In this document: piece by piece, positions 41,288 to 55,089 of the stretch | Layout of the letters: each line of letters opens with the position of its first letter | Numbering within the stretch: the stretch's first letter is position 1 | DNA from: Phoronis australis | Lineage: Eukaryota > Animalia > Phoronida | Direction: 5' to 3' | DNA: 64,000 bases | NCBI GenBank assembly: GCA_002633005.1 | Contig: NMRA01000686.1 | Coordinates: 62,001 to 126,000, forward strand | The notes under the pieces: generated by a model | The model's input: only the letters and a program-made list of their open reading frames with translations | What the model was told of the DNA's origin: nothing | The model's database searches: none | Translations under genes and position numbers: made by a program

Positions 41288-41518
41288 GCGGATCACTGAG
41301 TGCTTTTACAATGTGGCAATTCGTCATGACGTAAGTTGGACCAACGCGGAACCCAGATCCCCATCCATATCCATCCGACCTTGCAAGTAGAACGACAGAC
41401 GGGAGCGCACGTGCTAAAGACTCGTGTAAGTGCGCCAACATCACCTTCTTATTAACATCATGGAACAGTGTGGTTGAGGCTGTGGGCAGCAATGGCGCCT
41501 GTACGAGTGGAATGTAAT
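41288..41518 (-). CDS. Protease exon with catalytic His (LFHDVNKK...SVVLL...GWGSGFRVGPTYVMTNCHIV)
   Basis: tttttcag acceptor, gtaagt donor; GSGFRVG...MTNxHV trypsin-like motif; phase 1/1. Confidence 0.9.
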
Positions 41519-41655
41519 CTGAAAAATATACACCTAATGCCTATAACAATAGTGTATTCCACAAGGAAGGCAATTGAAACTTTCAAGATTTCCATTGAAA
41601 CAGGCAATTACCTACATGTATAAAATTGAATTCCTCCTTGGAATTAATCATTTAC

Positions 41656-41938
41656 CGGACAGCCTTGTATTCACACCCAATATGTCCAATAGGCCGTCGT
41701 TTCTCCGATTTACTTTCAGGTTGACGTCTGCTTCTCCGTCGGGGATAAATTTGCCTTTAGATTTGGTAAATTCTTCGAGTACTGCACCAAATTGCTCCTC
41801 AACCGGAGGAGCACTCGCTCCTAAAGTTTGGTCAGATGCACGTTCAATTGCTCCTCCGGCCCCACGCAATCGAATTTCAATTGCATGCTCGTGCTTTTTT
41901 TCCATTTTCCTTATATCTCGTTGAAGTTCCATTTGTTT
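41656..41938 (-). CDS. Linker/coiled-coil exon between ankyrins and protease (KQMELQRDIRKMEKKHEH...)
   Basis: cattttcag acceptor phase 0, gtaaat donor phase 1, open frame continuous with flanking exons. Confidence 0.85.
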
Positions 41939-42343
41939 CTGAAAATGACATTGGAATATCTTTTAATCCCACTATCTGTTCAGGATAACTTTCTAACACA
42001 CTAAAAATCAACAACGAGCCATCTTGCGTCATGAAATTTTCCTTCGTAAATTTAAAGACGGGCTTTTGAAGAACTGAGAGTTTGTTATCGCTTTAGAACT
42101 GGCTCAACATGCTGGTTTATATCGACGTGTCACTTTAAGCACATAACGTGGTCTCTTCAAAAAGCATACATTCACAATTACGCAGAACGAGGTTCACATC
42201 AAAAGTTCGCCTCTTGGGCTAAGTACTGTATGCTCAAGTGGACCATTTGACAACAGGTGGCTCGTGATCATATTACAGCTAGTCTGGCCTGATGATCATA
42301 TTGTAGTAACAAGTATCTGATCCACTTGTTATTTGTTGAGTAC

Positions 42344-42427
42344 CTTAAGGATAGTCTTCGTTCTCTTGACCTCATCTTTGCCAGCAAGGGAGGCTGTTCC
42401 GCAAACGTCCAGCGCAGTTTTATTGTC
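42344..42427 (-). CDS. Terminal ankyrin capping exon (DNKTALDVCGTASLAGKDEVKRTKTILK)
   Basis: tatttcacag acceptor, gtactc donor, 84 nt phase 0/0; KTALD ankyrin-end motif. Confidence 0.85.
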
Positions 42428-43519
42428 CTGTGAAATAGATTAATACGTATTTATGGTGGAGCACTGTGAACACCAAGAAGCACACAGAAAATAAAACCTG
42501 TCGGTGAATCGTATTTAACGAGACACAGTAAGAACAATAACGGTGACAGCATTTCAATGGACCCGTGAATGGGTGACATATTGGGCGCAAAGGATCTGAC
42601 GAACAAAGTTTAGATTTCAAAATCAATTGAAGGTGTGCTCCACAATGACGTAAGTCAGTTATTTAGAACACTAACTTTGCCCACTAAAGTTCACCAACAA
42701 CTTAATTTAAAACTCGATGTGAGAGACATCAGTTGGACAAATTTCAAATGTCGTGTAGTAAACGCTCACTTTTTTCCGATTCCTGGAGGAATGAAAACAC
42801 TGGACCCGTGCTTCAAAACATTTACAGGAATTTTGTGAAAAGTGCTATTTTGAACTTTTTTCAAAACCATAAAGTGAGCACGACCGTACCATTTCTTACG
42901 ACGTATATGTAAAGCTTAAGGTTCGTTTAATTTTCGTTACTACTTCACTCAAGGTAACTCGACCACAACCCTCTTTTTATAACATTGTCTGAGATCATCC
43001 TGATTTGTCCGTTGTTTTACACTTAACTTCAAGATGTGTAATAATCTGAGGCCGGGAACGTTTTGCCCATTGACATTGGAAAGAAGGTGCGCAAATTTAC
43101 GTAGCTAAGAATCTGCCAACACACTAAATAACGTGTCTGAATTTAATGGAGTTGACAATTGGAAGACTCGAAATCAGAATACATGAAACTCAAAGTTGAA
43201 ATCATCTCAGACAACTGTCAGTGCACTTTTTCAGTGTCAAGAATTTTCCAAAACCAATAATGAAATATGATCAGAATGAGTCTTCTCAGATTGGCTGAAT
43301 ACTTGCCACATGGCTAGGTTGAGTCGATACCTTAGGAAGCCAGTGTGCAAAGAAAGTATAGACAGAATCACAAGACAAACGAGTTCCCACGTGACCCGAG
43401 TTTCCGCCACTTGTAATTTAATTTACAACGACACATCGGAGGAGACGCGAGGTCACCGAGGTACTAGTAATATATAGTAATTATTCAGTCGAGAAGTTAA
43501 ATTTTAATCTCAACATACA

Positions 43520-43777
43520 TAGGCGGATTTAGGGGAGTGCAGCCCCCCCTTGATTGCCGCCAGCAAAATGAAACAGCAACAGCGTAAAGCGTGAGGGAAT
43601 ATTGGGAGAAGCGCAGGCTCAGAATCCCGTTTTGGTGATTTGCCGAACAAAAGGTCACAAAACCCGCTGCCGCAACTTTCGGGCCTCTGCTCCAAATACA
43701 ATCACGCTTTGCCCGATTCGCCAAGACAACGTCTTCGGATGTTGGGCCCCCCTTATGGTATCCTAGATCCGCCACTG
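43520..43777 (-). mobile_element. MITE (cagtggcggatctagg family)
   Basis: TIR ggcggattt...agatccgccactg; homologous to 14398-14697. Confidence 0.65.
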
Positions 43778-45428
43778 ACAAATGATGAGGTTTCTTGATG
43801 GCTCAATGCATTTTAAAATATCCAGAGAATTTTAAAACTACCTCACAATAGTCAACATATTTTATGGCACCTGCATTTGCGTTGTACCATTAAATCCAAG
43901 TTCACATCAAAAAACGCCACCCAACAAACAACAAACTTTATATCAAATTAAATCGTAAATTCAGTCGTTTTACCTGATAACTAACGGTAGACGGCGGTAT
44001 TGAAACTACCCAATGATGTAACAGGTTCTAAAGCAGTCTGTTCATCAGTTCACATCACGTTTATTCGTGTCAGCTTATCGCTTTAATTCATCGTTTAACA
44101 CCAGTAGGTCTTCAAACTTAATAGATTTTTATACATGTACGTATTTGTACGTACCGTAGCCTACAGAGTTCGTTAGACCAATTTACCACAGTCGGTTGCG
44201 GGAAATTGGGTTCTCTTCCGTGATAAATGCGAGTCATTTTTCGGTAAGATAGAGAGAGGAGAACATAACTGTAAGTTGTAAACTTAGACTTACGATTTTT
44301 TCAGTTCTAAACACTCAAAATGCTTGTTATCCTGCCTAGTGGATCGGAACCCGGATCCGTCCGGCTCGCGTACAGGCCGATTTGAAGGCATCGCGAACTT
44401 AAACCAAAGTTGGAAAGTGAACTTCCAGTCACGAAAAGATTATACTAGTGAGCCAAAGAGACGATGTGCATGTGATAATTTTAAGTCATGTTGCCCATCC
44501 ACACTACCGTCAGTTCAAAAGTTGTACAAAACAATGATTCGAATAATGTACTATATTTAAATAAAGATTACCCTAACATCTGGCAATAGCATATAAAACC
44601 GAGTTACTGTTTCACAAAAGTTTTGTGTCAGCTAACACTGAACTAACTTGAGCTCAAAAGGCATCGATGCCTGCTCAATTACTTTATTGTACCTAAAGCC
44701 GGTAACGAATTGATTCACTCATTGCTGGCTTCTCAATACATTTGCATCCACCAACAATCCAAAGGCACTACCGATTTTCCCACAAGACCTGGAATGTGTT
44801 GCTTAATAACACCGAGTACGTAATTTTTGTCATTACATGGGCAAATCACAAAGTAGTGCAAACTAAAAATCCATACACCTTTCAGTTTTAGTCCGCAAAA
44901 CACTAAAACAACCAAACGCACGCCAACAAACATTGCCGGAATTACCGTGACGGTGACAAGATTATGATAGAAACATCGGTTGTAGCAACTGTTCGTACTC
45001 TCAGTGGGAAGGACATGTAAACAACTTATGGAACGTACCCATATTCGGCGGTCAAATTCCATATCCACGTTCATTCAAACGGGGACGAATCCAAACTCAA
45101 GAATTGCAGTGACACTCTATAGCTGTGCTGTCTCAAGGTCAATTCTGTATTCACGCTCTGGGAAGCTCTGCTGATTGTTATTGATGAACATCAAGTTTTT
45201 GTATTACAACTTAAAAGACTCTTGATTAGATTATAGATTGAATTTCGTTACGAAAGTTGAATGCAATTTGCAATTGTTAAGTTTGAAATAAAGCTACCCA
45301 GAAAAAGTAACTGAGTATTTTACATTGCACCAACGTGTTTCTACAAAAGTGGTGTCATGCGGTTTAAAGTTTTAGACACGTCGACTTTTCCAGGAAAGAG
45401 ATTGTTTTAACGGTTCATGTGAGAAACA

Positions 45429-45569
45429 AATCCTACACTGGTCTCAGATTGATGAGGTGGCGAAAACCTCTTGGAAATTTTGTCGAAATCTCTCGGCAAG
45501 CCATAAAATTTTCACAAAATTTCCAAGAAATTTTAGCCATGTCATCAACCTGACACTCGTGTAGGATTC
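45429..45569. repeat. Palindromic MITE-like element
   Basis: aatcctacac...ttggaaattttgt / acaaaatttccaa...gtgtaggatt; related half at ~56230. Confidence 0.7.
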
Positions 45570-45844
45570 TTTATATATCTAATGAGACACACTTTGACGC
45601 TTTGTTTAAGTTTGAAATAAAAGCATTGCCGGTTAATTAGGGTGAGAATAATTCATTTTGAACCAGAACACATAGTAATAAATGTCAACATCGCAACTTG
45701 TAATCCTTACCTAGACGAGTACCCATCTGACAAAGATTTCACAGGCTATCAGCTCAAACCGGAATACAATGATTAAGAAAAACTACAGACGGAGATGTCG
45801 TGAACGAGCCGTAGGCAATGAAAGTCATGAATAGTTCCAAAACA

Positions 45845-45945
45845 GTATGCATGACTTGACACGATAATGGAAACGATTGAAGCTTGCGTTTGCTGCCACG
45901 AAATTCCGCAAGTGAAAGTTCTTTTCGATGAAATGCAGGCCACAT
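45845..45945 (+). pseudogene. Decayed P2X7-ballast/nanor-like Cys-rich fragment, probably from a Kolobok-type transposon
   Basis: METIEACVCCHEIPQV matches the MxTxxECxCCxEI motif; upstream frame broken. Confidence 0.5.
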
Positions 45946-47639
45946 TGGCATACGGAAAGGAGTTGTTTCACTGTCTCATACTAGGTATCAACGACGCACT
46001 TTCAATTTGTCACTGCTTTGAACCCCTTCCGAAGGATTTTGCCTCTCGAGAAAAGCGAAAACACGATATACATGTACCCTTTTTCATCGCTGCTTCATAG
46101 TTCGCACAAAGGGGATTCACACACCACATCCTAGCCGCACTCACTCTGTTTACTCACCTTCCTCATAGGTTAACTTACCATCTCTAGAGAGGTACATGTA
46201 AGATCGGCCGGATACAATGTGATGCAGAGGTAGACCGATCAAGACCGTAAACAAGACTATTTGAATCGGATGTCATTCTCCTTTAGTTTCAATTGATCAG
46301 GAAACACTACATCATTAGAACGTAACCTGTACATGTATACGTGTAGATACCGTGCCTACTTGTGTGATCGCTGTTCGCTGCCGCCGATTGCCGAAAATTA
46401 CTAAACAAGGCTTTACAGTAATCTTTTCGGAGTGTTGGTGAATTTATTACATGCTATCATTTTTGGATCGTTTACTTTGACACTGGTAATTTCTAATTAC
46501 ATGGCCACCCACTGACAATTAATTTACTTTGGTCATAACATAGATTTACACGCAAAGCTGCTGTTAACTGAGTGTGTGTTGGTATTGAAAAAATATGATG
46601 AAGACTGTGCATGTGATCAATATCAGAAATGTAATGCCACTTAAAGATAAGTCTCTTGAGGACTTCAGGAGATTGGTAGTTTCGAAACTGAAACTACAGC
46701 ATGATATAAATTTGGAGACGAACTGACGAAGTTGAAATTTATTATTCGAAACAAATGCAATTCAGCTTATTTAATTTTGGATTCGCAACACACCCGAGAA
46801 GACCAGTTTGCCTTGAGTTCCGCAGCTTTTGAACTTAAAAATTATTCTTTTTCTGTGTGGTGGCACTCGCAGTCTTCGTTTTAGAACAGCGCTAAAATTG
46901 ACTCCCAGGTTTGAACGGTTACATGTAGTTCATGGTCATGTTAATTTATTTCCTCTCAAACTCCATATCCAACATTTGACATCTACTTCGGACATATTTC
47001 ACGTGTATACATGTTAACTAAGCATTGTTTGCACGGACGAGAAATACAAACAAACTGGTCATTAAAATTTCAAGACCAATGTGAAAATATGCCTTCGGAA
47101 TATCACACCTCAGAAGTAATTTTAAATAAAAATTTCTGATAATTGTTTTTTGCTATCTTCCCATAAACACCGTTACCGCTGGTTATAAAATGTCCATCTT
47201 TGCATAGAGTGCTATCTGATTTTTAAACAGCATGAGCAATACTTTAGAATCATAATGTTAGTGCACTAAATCAAACGCTGTCCTTGTGAAGAAAGGTGGG
47301 GGTGTTAATGCCGCCCTATTATGAGAAATGGATCAAACTTGCGTGGTTATTTGAGCAGGGCGTAAATGAAAAATAATAATTTTCTGTGCTAGTGTGATCC
47401 ACCCAAAGATGACTTAGGTAATTCTACATGCACCAATAGTACCTTATTCTTTTTACTTCCTATCTAAATGAAACCTATAAAACAAGTTACTCAAGTACAC
47501 AGTCGATGTCCTCAATCGTTTTAGGTCTTTCACTGAGATAAAATTGATCTCATAGTTTTCCTTGCCGCAATAGGATCCATTTTCCTTTGCCAACAAGACC
47601 ACCATAACCATCATGAAGTCAGTGAAATCCCTTACAGAA

Positions 47640-50415
47640 TTGAACTGAAGTTTTTCGCTGAAAACTTAAGTTTTTGGCGAAACAACTTAAGTTCTTCCGA
47701 AAAAACTTAAGTTTTTAAAAGAAACTTAAGTTTTTAAAAATTAATTTTTTCGCCAAAAACTTAATTTTTTCAGCACAATGTTAAGTTTTTCAGAGAACTT
47801 AAGTTTTTTTCAGGTGTAAAACTTAAGTTTTCACAAATAAACTTCAGTTTTAAGTAATAACCTTTCATGAAAACTAAAGTTTTTATACTAACAAACTAAA
47901 GTTTTTCTATAACTTAACTTTATCACAAAACTTAAGTTTTAGTAATTTTAAAAACTTAATATTGCTGCTCAAACGTTGATGCAATAGAGAAAGAGGCGTC
48001 TGCAACTCGATATACTTTATTACGTTCATCTTTTATCGTTAATACATCGTATGACATCGGTTTCCATATCGGTTATCTGAAACGTTTACAAAAACTGTCT
48101 AAGTTACTAAGTCTAAACTTTATCATTAGCATTAACCAACCACCACGATATTGTTACACCTTCTACGTAATGTTTAATTAATGTCTAACGGAAACTGCAC
48201 TTGAGGAAATACAAACTCAGGAAAAACATGGCGGAATAAACCCCCAAAGTTCCAAGAAAGAACAGCTCGTATAGACAACTGTAGCACTCCGCAAAACTAG
48301 TTCACAAAAGAGAAATATGCATACAACAAGAAATCTGTAAACATAATAATTGACTACCAAAAAGCACAATGGTTGCAACGTAACAGCATGTCTAGGTCTG
48401 CATGATGATAGTCCAGTCTACAGCTGACAAAACGCAAACTACAAATGCACAGCTATCCAAAAATTCGGTATCTCACGATGAACGGTAACCAAATGTTTAC
48501 TTACAGCGTTTGCCTCAATAACAGTCTGGTAATCAACACACGATACATATGACAATCCACGAGAGAATAAGGCAACTGGTGCTTGTTCGGACGTTTAAAT
48601 ACTCCGCGAAAACCTAGAAAGCTGATTGGCCCAGACAGTATCTCAACTTACACAACGAATGGGAATAATACCACCGAAAGGGGGGTTTGCTTAAATCATG
48701 ACTTTACCCCGAGACAACGCCCTAAAATATAACTGAGGCACTAGGTGATTGAGAATGTCATCTCTAGGAAAATTGGGAAACTATATATGATGCACTGCCT
48801 GCCTTAACACTTAAGTTTTCCTGACTTCTTAAGTTTTTTCCCATTATATAAACTTTTTAGAAATCGGGTTAAAAGTTTTCCTGACTTCTTAAGTTTTTCA
48901 GAAAATTGGGTTTTTTCATATGTGGAAAACTTGAATTTTCTAAAAACTCTAAGGTTTCTATGTGATGAAAATTTACGTTTTCAACTTTTTAAAATTTGAA
49001 CATTGTGAGATATTTAATTTTTGTTTCGAAATTTTTCCCATTATTTTCCAACAAAAAGTTATTGTTAGCTCATGCAAAACCCATCATCTCACAAAAATGT
49101 TGCCCGAATGTTTACTTAACATTTATATAGATACAAACCATAAAACGACGAACGTTTAACCTGGTCAGTATAGAATTAGTGCAACCACGTAATCATTATC
49201 GCACGTCTTTGTGAATTTAAATGTAGACGAACATAAGGTGACCAACAGCAGTAAGAATGCACTCAATGTTAATGCCCTGAGAGTCTGACGTTGTCAGTAC
49301 AATGTAATCAATGGAACTCATGCAATTCTTTAAAAAACGTAGTTATTGTGCAAGTTTCCTTTGTGTTGAGTTGTATTCGTAAGGCAGTTTCAATCGGAAG
49401 TCAACTGTTTGAATTTTGTAACCGACAGTCAACTTCGAAGAAAAAGTCGTGTGTTGCCTAGCCCGCGACAATGAAGTTGATATTACAACGAACAGAGCCA
49501 GCAAGATGACATTTCAGAAGTTTTGGAAGTCTGGTTATGGCCAGAGAGCGTTCTAAGATCAATTGGCCACAATCGGTTCCGTGATTTCCAACGAACGTGT
49601 TAAGTTCAGTTGTTATTGTCAGCCACTCACGAGTCACGCTGTCACATACCGACATGGACTCATTCTGTGTGTGAATTATCCAAACTTCTAACGCGTAATA
49701 TACTTCTGGATGTCAATCAGAGGTACATGTAGCCATAACGTTCACATAAGGCTATTACTCTATTTTATTTATGTCTTCTGAGGTTGTGTCAGTGAGCATC
49801 AATGCAAGCGGGGGGGACAAGGCAAAGTATAATCAGTTCCCAAGTCGGTTGTATTAGCATTGGTTGTGTGTGGTTATGTCTATGTTCGTAGTAATTCTTG
49901 GAAGCTCTTGATTTTGAAATCTCATACATGTATCACTACAATAACTAACAAGGTTTACATGCCTCATCCACGCACCCATCCTAAAATATGGGGGGTGCTC
50001 AAATTTTGGGCATGTTGACCTTTTACTAAAAAACGGGGTATGTTCAGAGCTGTGCACAGTGCATTCCTAAATTACGGCTTTTTAGTTTCTATTTTTTTGT
50101 TTCTATGAGGCTGACCTTTTCATGCCCACTTCGGAAAGTGGGGGGTGCTCGTTCGAGCCTCCCCTGGGTGCGCGCATGTGCATGGTTCTCAAAATTAAGA
50201 ATCAACAAATTGAATGTAACTATTGTATTGGCTATTTTTGAAAAAAATAAGTTTTTAGAACTTAAGTTTTTGAAAACTTAAGTTATGAAAACTTAAGTTC
50301 GTTCCAAAAAAACTTGTTCCAAAATACTTAAGTTTTCGCCAAAACCTCAAGTTTTCGTGAATGAAAACTTAAGTTTTTCAGACCAAAAACTTAAGTTTTT
50401 CGATGAAAACTTAGT
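47640..50415. mobile_element. Foldback-like element with terminal and internal arrays of the palindrome AAAACTTAAGTTTT
   Basis: Arrays at 47650-47960, 48810-48960 and 50250-50415; internal part shared with 25715-26780. Confidence 0.6.
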
Positions 50416-51484
50416 TCATTTTTGCGAGGGATGACTCACAATACATTTGGATTTGCATTCTGTAAGTTTACAAAATCTAAACTGGGGCAGGTACATGTAC
50501 ACATTGTCTGTGGTTTCCCTTGAGCTTCGTTTTGCCCAGCTAGGGAGTGCGAAATAGAGCTTTAAGTTTTGAATTCGAATCTTATTAGAAGCTAAGTTTT
50601 TAAATGAGACCTTATGGGTGAAGTGTGATTTAGTCCACAATTAGGTGAGTACTAGGTTCTTGCTAACGGTTAAATTGGTGGCACAAAATTGAATTATATT
50701 AAATTTGTGGTTAATGAAATTCAAATGATGAGGAAGTAAGAGATATTTGTTTTTTTAATAAAACCGTGTTGGAGCGGTGCAAACAGACAGACACTGTGAC
50801 TGGAACCAAGCGGGAGTGTGCCTGTTGTACAGTGTGTTGATTACTTCCCATGTTGCGCCAGGTAAAATATTATCTAGCGTCACGCAACTGTTACCTTATG
50901 TTGATGGTGTGCATCATTTTTTTGTCATTGGTTATTGTGTTTTGTTTACATATCACGCTGTTTATTTTCTTTATAGGCTGAAGTACATTTTTCGCCGCTG
51001 TGATTGGGTTACCTTTAGTAAGCCAGTTCTTTCCAGTGGTTACAATGGCATTTGCATAGTCGAATAGTAGTGTGACAGGCCGGATATTATTACGTACACG
51101 TACATGTATTAGCCTATGTATGTTACGCAGGTTTTGGTGACTAGTGTTTCTCGTGTAAAGCGGCATTCGTTGACAAGATCTGTAATGCGAATCATGTGTT
51201 TTCCTCGGATGCTGGAAGTTTTATATTAAGCACAGACTGTTGGCCAAACTAATGTGACTGAGTATTATGGCATAGCATGTTGTACTCGTGTGTATGTACC
51301 TAAGTTGAGATCCCGTATACATGTAGTTGTTTAACGTATAGTGTCATTCAGCTGCTTGTTTGGCGTATACGTTGCGCGGTACCGGGTTCATAGAATAAAT
51401 AGTTACGGGTCGCAGTTAGACAGTTGCTTGTGCATGGTAATGGTTCCCAGTTGTAGAATACACTGTAGATTGTACGGGTTCCAG

Positions 51485-54353
51485 TTAATTACTCTGCGCC
51501 TGTAAGCGCAGAGTACTGTTGTTCCTGGTTTTTCTTCAATTTTATTCTTCTTATTCTTATTACTCTGTGCGTGTAAGCGCAGAGTACTGCTGTGCCTGGG
51601 TTTTCTTCAATTTTATTCTTATTCTTATTCTTATTCTTATTCTTCTTCCGACCAACTTTGAGGCTTAATAACTCCAAATTGGGTGCAGATACGGTCTTTA
51701 AGTTCAGCATATGACTTTTGACAGTATATAGATTTTGATTAGTTAGATAATCATATTCCATATTGAACCGGAAGAGATCGTTTGGTGCAAAGGTCGTATA
51801 ATTTTCAAAATGCTACTTCCCCTTTAGTTTTAAAGCTATCTTTTTCAAATTCAATGCACAGGTATAATTCAGCATGACAATTCAAAAAATTACTTTTCTA
51901 GGTAATCGGGTCATCCAATCAGGTGAAATAGATCAAAGGTCACTAGGTGCAAACTGAAATTTTGAGCTAGACACTTCAAATTGACAGGTCTGATTACCAC
52001 AGATAAATCAAATCGGAATCCAGTTTCAGGTCATCGAGTGCAAACATGGGGTCATTAGGTGCATTTTTCTTTTGAAAATTTGACCTTTTCAATCAGCAAG
52101 TATTCTGATGTGTCAACCGTTGGACAACTGTGATTCTCTGCGTTGAACACATTTTCCATGGGATTTGCAATAATTCTCCTAAAGAGGCTTAAAATGCACC
52201 GGATAAGGACAATTAGTGCAAAGGTCATGTAACGTTCAAAATGTTATATCTCTCACGTTTTTCAAGGAATTCTTTTCAATTTCAGCACACTGGTGTAAGT
52301 CAACATGCCAATTAAATACCCTACTTTACTTTGCAATAGGCTTAACCAATCAGAAAAATAGGTCAAAGGTCATAGAGTGCAAACAAACATTTTGAGCTAG
52401 AGACTTCAGAATTACGTATCTGTTTACTAAGTGCGATTGAGTATAAATTCATAATTTTCACGTCATTTGTTGCACCCATGGGGTCATTAGGTGCATATTT
52501 CTTCTGAAAGTTTGACCACTTCATTCATCTTGTATTCTGAAGTGCTTAAAGTAAAATAGCTGTGATTATTAGCCTTAACCACACTTTTAATCGAATTAAC
52601 AATTACTCGCTCATCGGGGCTCACAATGCACCGGAAGTGGTCAATTACTGGAAAGGTCATCAAAAAATTAATATGTAATTTTTCCTACAATTTTAAAGAA
52701 TCCCTTTTCATATTGGTGAACGGGTTGCTGTCAGTAACTTCCCATAATAATTCCAGTAATACGCACGCGCAGAGTCCATTATTGTCACGCCGTGACAATA
52801 ATCTTTCTAGTTCTTATTCTTCTTCCGACCAGCTTTGACACTTAATAACTCCAAAATGGTTGCAGGTATGTTCTTCAAATTTAACATATGATTTCAGGCA
52901 GTATATAAATGTTTATTCGTTATATATTCATATCCAATAATGCACCGGAAAGGTCATTTGTTGCAAACGTCATGTAATTTTCAAAATGCTACTTCTTTAT
53001 TTCAAAAGCTATTCTTTTCAAATTCGGTACTCAGGTAGAAGTCAATCATGCAAATTTAGAAATTCCTTTTCTAAGTAATCGGTTCATCCAATCAGGTTAA
53101 ATATGTCAAAGGTCATAAGGTGCAAACTGAAATTTTGAGCTAGACACTTCAAATTCACAGGTCTGATTGGCACAGAAAATCCAATTCGGAATGCGAAATT
53201 TCAGGTCATTTAGTGCAAAAATGGGGACATTAGGTGCATTTTTCTTCTGAAAATTTGACCTTTTCAATCAGCAAGTATTCTGATGTGTTTACCGTTAGAC
53301 AAATGTCATTCTCAGCATTAAACACATTTTTCATGGGCTTTGCAATAATGCTCCTGAAGACGCTTATAAAGTACCGGATAGGGTCAGTTTGTGCAAAGGT
53401 CATGTAACGTTCAAAATGTTATATCTCATACATTTTTCAAGGAATTCTTTTCAAATTCAACACACTGGTGTAAGTCACCAGGCCAATTGGATACCCTTCT
53501 TTACTTCGCAATAGGCCTAAACAATCAGAAAAAAATAGGTCACTGGTCATTGAGTGCAAACTAAAATTTTGAGCTAGAGACTTCCAAATTACATATCTGT
53601 TTACTAAGTGCGATTGAGTTTGAATTCTAAATTTTCAGGTCATGTGGTGTACCCAGGGGGTCATTTGGTGCATGTTTCTTTTGAAAATTTGACCAATTCA
53701 TACGTCTTTTATTCTGAAGTGCTTAAAGTAAAATATCTGTGATTCTTATCATTAAACACACTTTAAACCGAGTTTACAATTATTCTCTCGTCGGGGTTCA
53801 TAATGCACCGGAAGAAGTCAATTAGTGGAAAGGTCATCAAAATATTAACATCTAATTTCTCTTACATTTTTTAAGAATTCCTTTTCATATTGGTAAACGG
53901 GTTGCTGTCAGTAACTTCCCTAAACAATTTCAGTAATACGCACGCGCAGTATATAAATTTTGATTGCTTATATAATCATATTCCATATTACACCGGAAGA
54001 GATCGTTTGGTGGAAAGGTCATATAATATTCAAAATGCTACTCCTCCTTCAGTTTTAAAGCTAACTTTTTCAAATTCGGTGCACAGGTACAAATCAAAAT
54101 GACAATTTAAAAAATTACTTTTCTAAGTAATCGAGTCATCCAATTTCTCCTACAATTTTAAATAATTCCTTTTCATATTGGTAAACGGGTTGCTGTGGGT
54201 AACTTCCCATAATAATTCCAGTAATACACAGGCGCAGAATCCGTTATTGTCACGCCGTGACAATAATCTTTCTAGTTATTCTTATTCTTCTGATTCTTAT
54301 TCTTCTTCCGACCAAATTTGAGGCTTAATAACTCCAAATTGAGTGCAGGTACG
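51485..54353 (+). mobile_element. Tandem array of a non-autonomous Helentron (HINE/DINE-1-like) element
   Basis: 5' hairpin tactctgcgc-ctgtaa-gcgcagagta, (ttattc)n microsatellite, internal aaaggtcat-rich subrepeats, 3' subTIR gcgcagagt + palindrome attattgtcacg-c-cgtgacaataat + ctagtt; unit ~1.17 kb. Confidence 0.85.
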
Positions 54354-54354
54354 G

Positions 54355-55027
54355 ACGCAGTTTAGTTTTAGAGAGAAAATGGACTATTTTCAATATTCAG
54401 TTTTACTAAGACACAGGATCAAACCTAGCAAGGGCGTATCCAGGATTTTTTAAAGAAGGGGTAGGCGGTCAAGGACTTTTTGAAAGGCGGACCAAGTCAA
54501 CAATTTGAAAAAGATAGATTTGATATCACTAAGATCAAGGGAAAAAGGGAGCTCCGGACCTCGTGACCCCCCTGGATCCGCCTACGCGTAGACCAGTACG
54601 TGCTGGAGTGTGTCTGGCGAGTTTCTCAGAATACAACTGCTCGAGCAGGGCTCATTGTCGCAAGCGCTACGGATTTGACTTAAGAAAGCATCCTCTGATT
54701 CTTCTGACTGACTTCCACCTCCACTGTTCTCCAATTAAATGTTGCCGGGAAGGGGCCTTGCCCCCCATGGTCGCGTAAAATAAACACTAAAATGACACGG
54801 AAATAAATTTGGGCATTTATCATGTTACATCTAATCGTGAGCATGTTCTTAAATTACATTTTTCCTCATGAGAAAAAGCTTTTAGACCTTTGTCCTAAAT
54901 GTCTACACTCATTCTACTGGCGTATGCCATTGTATACCCACGTGTTCAAGGTTCCATTGAAGCACTCCAACAGCCGATTTCATACCTGAATATTGGAAAT
55001 AGTCCATTTTCGCTCTAAAACTGCGTC
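54355..55027. mobile_element. TIR element containing a nested ggcgtatcc/ggatccgcc MITE
   Basis: gacgcag...ttttagagagaaaatggactattttcaatattcag inverted against ctgaatattggaaatagtccattttcgctctaaaactgcgtc. Confidence 0.6.
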
Positions 55028-55089
55028 GCAATTGTACACCGCGGCATCGTTCAGTTGTACCTATACCATGCAAGTCTGACATATTTAAC

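Noticed and set aside
44733-45074. Harbinger transposase-like words (RRIWVR, AFGLL)
   Set aside because: Too short and degenerate to support without a search
47650-47960. Spaced palindromic repeats superficially like a CRISPR array
   Set aside because: Eukaryotic context, 14-bp units, very short irregular AT-rich spacers, no cas genes
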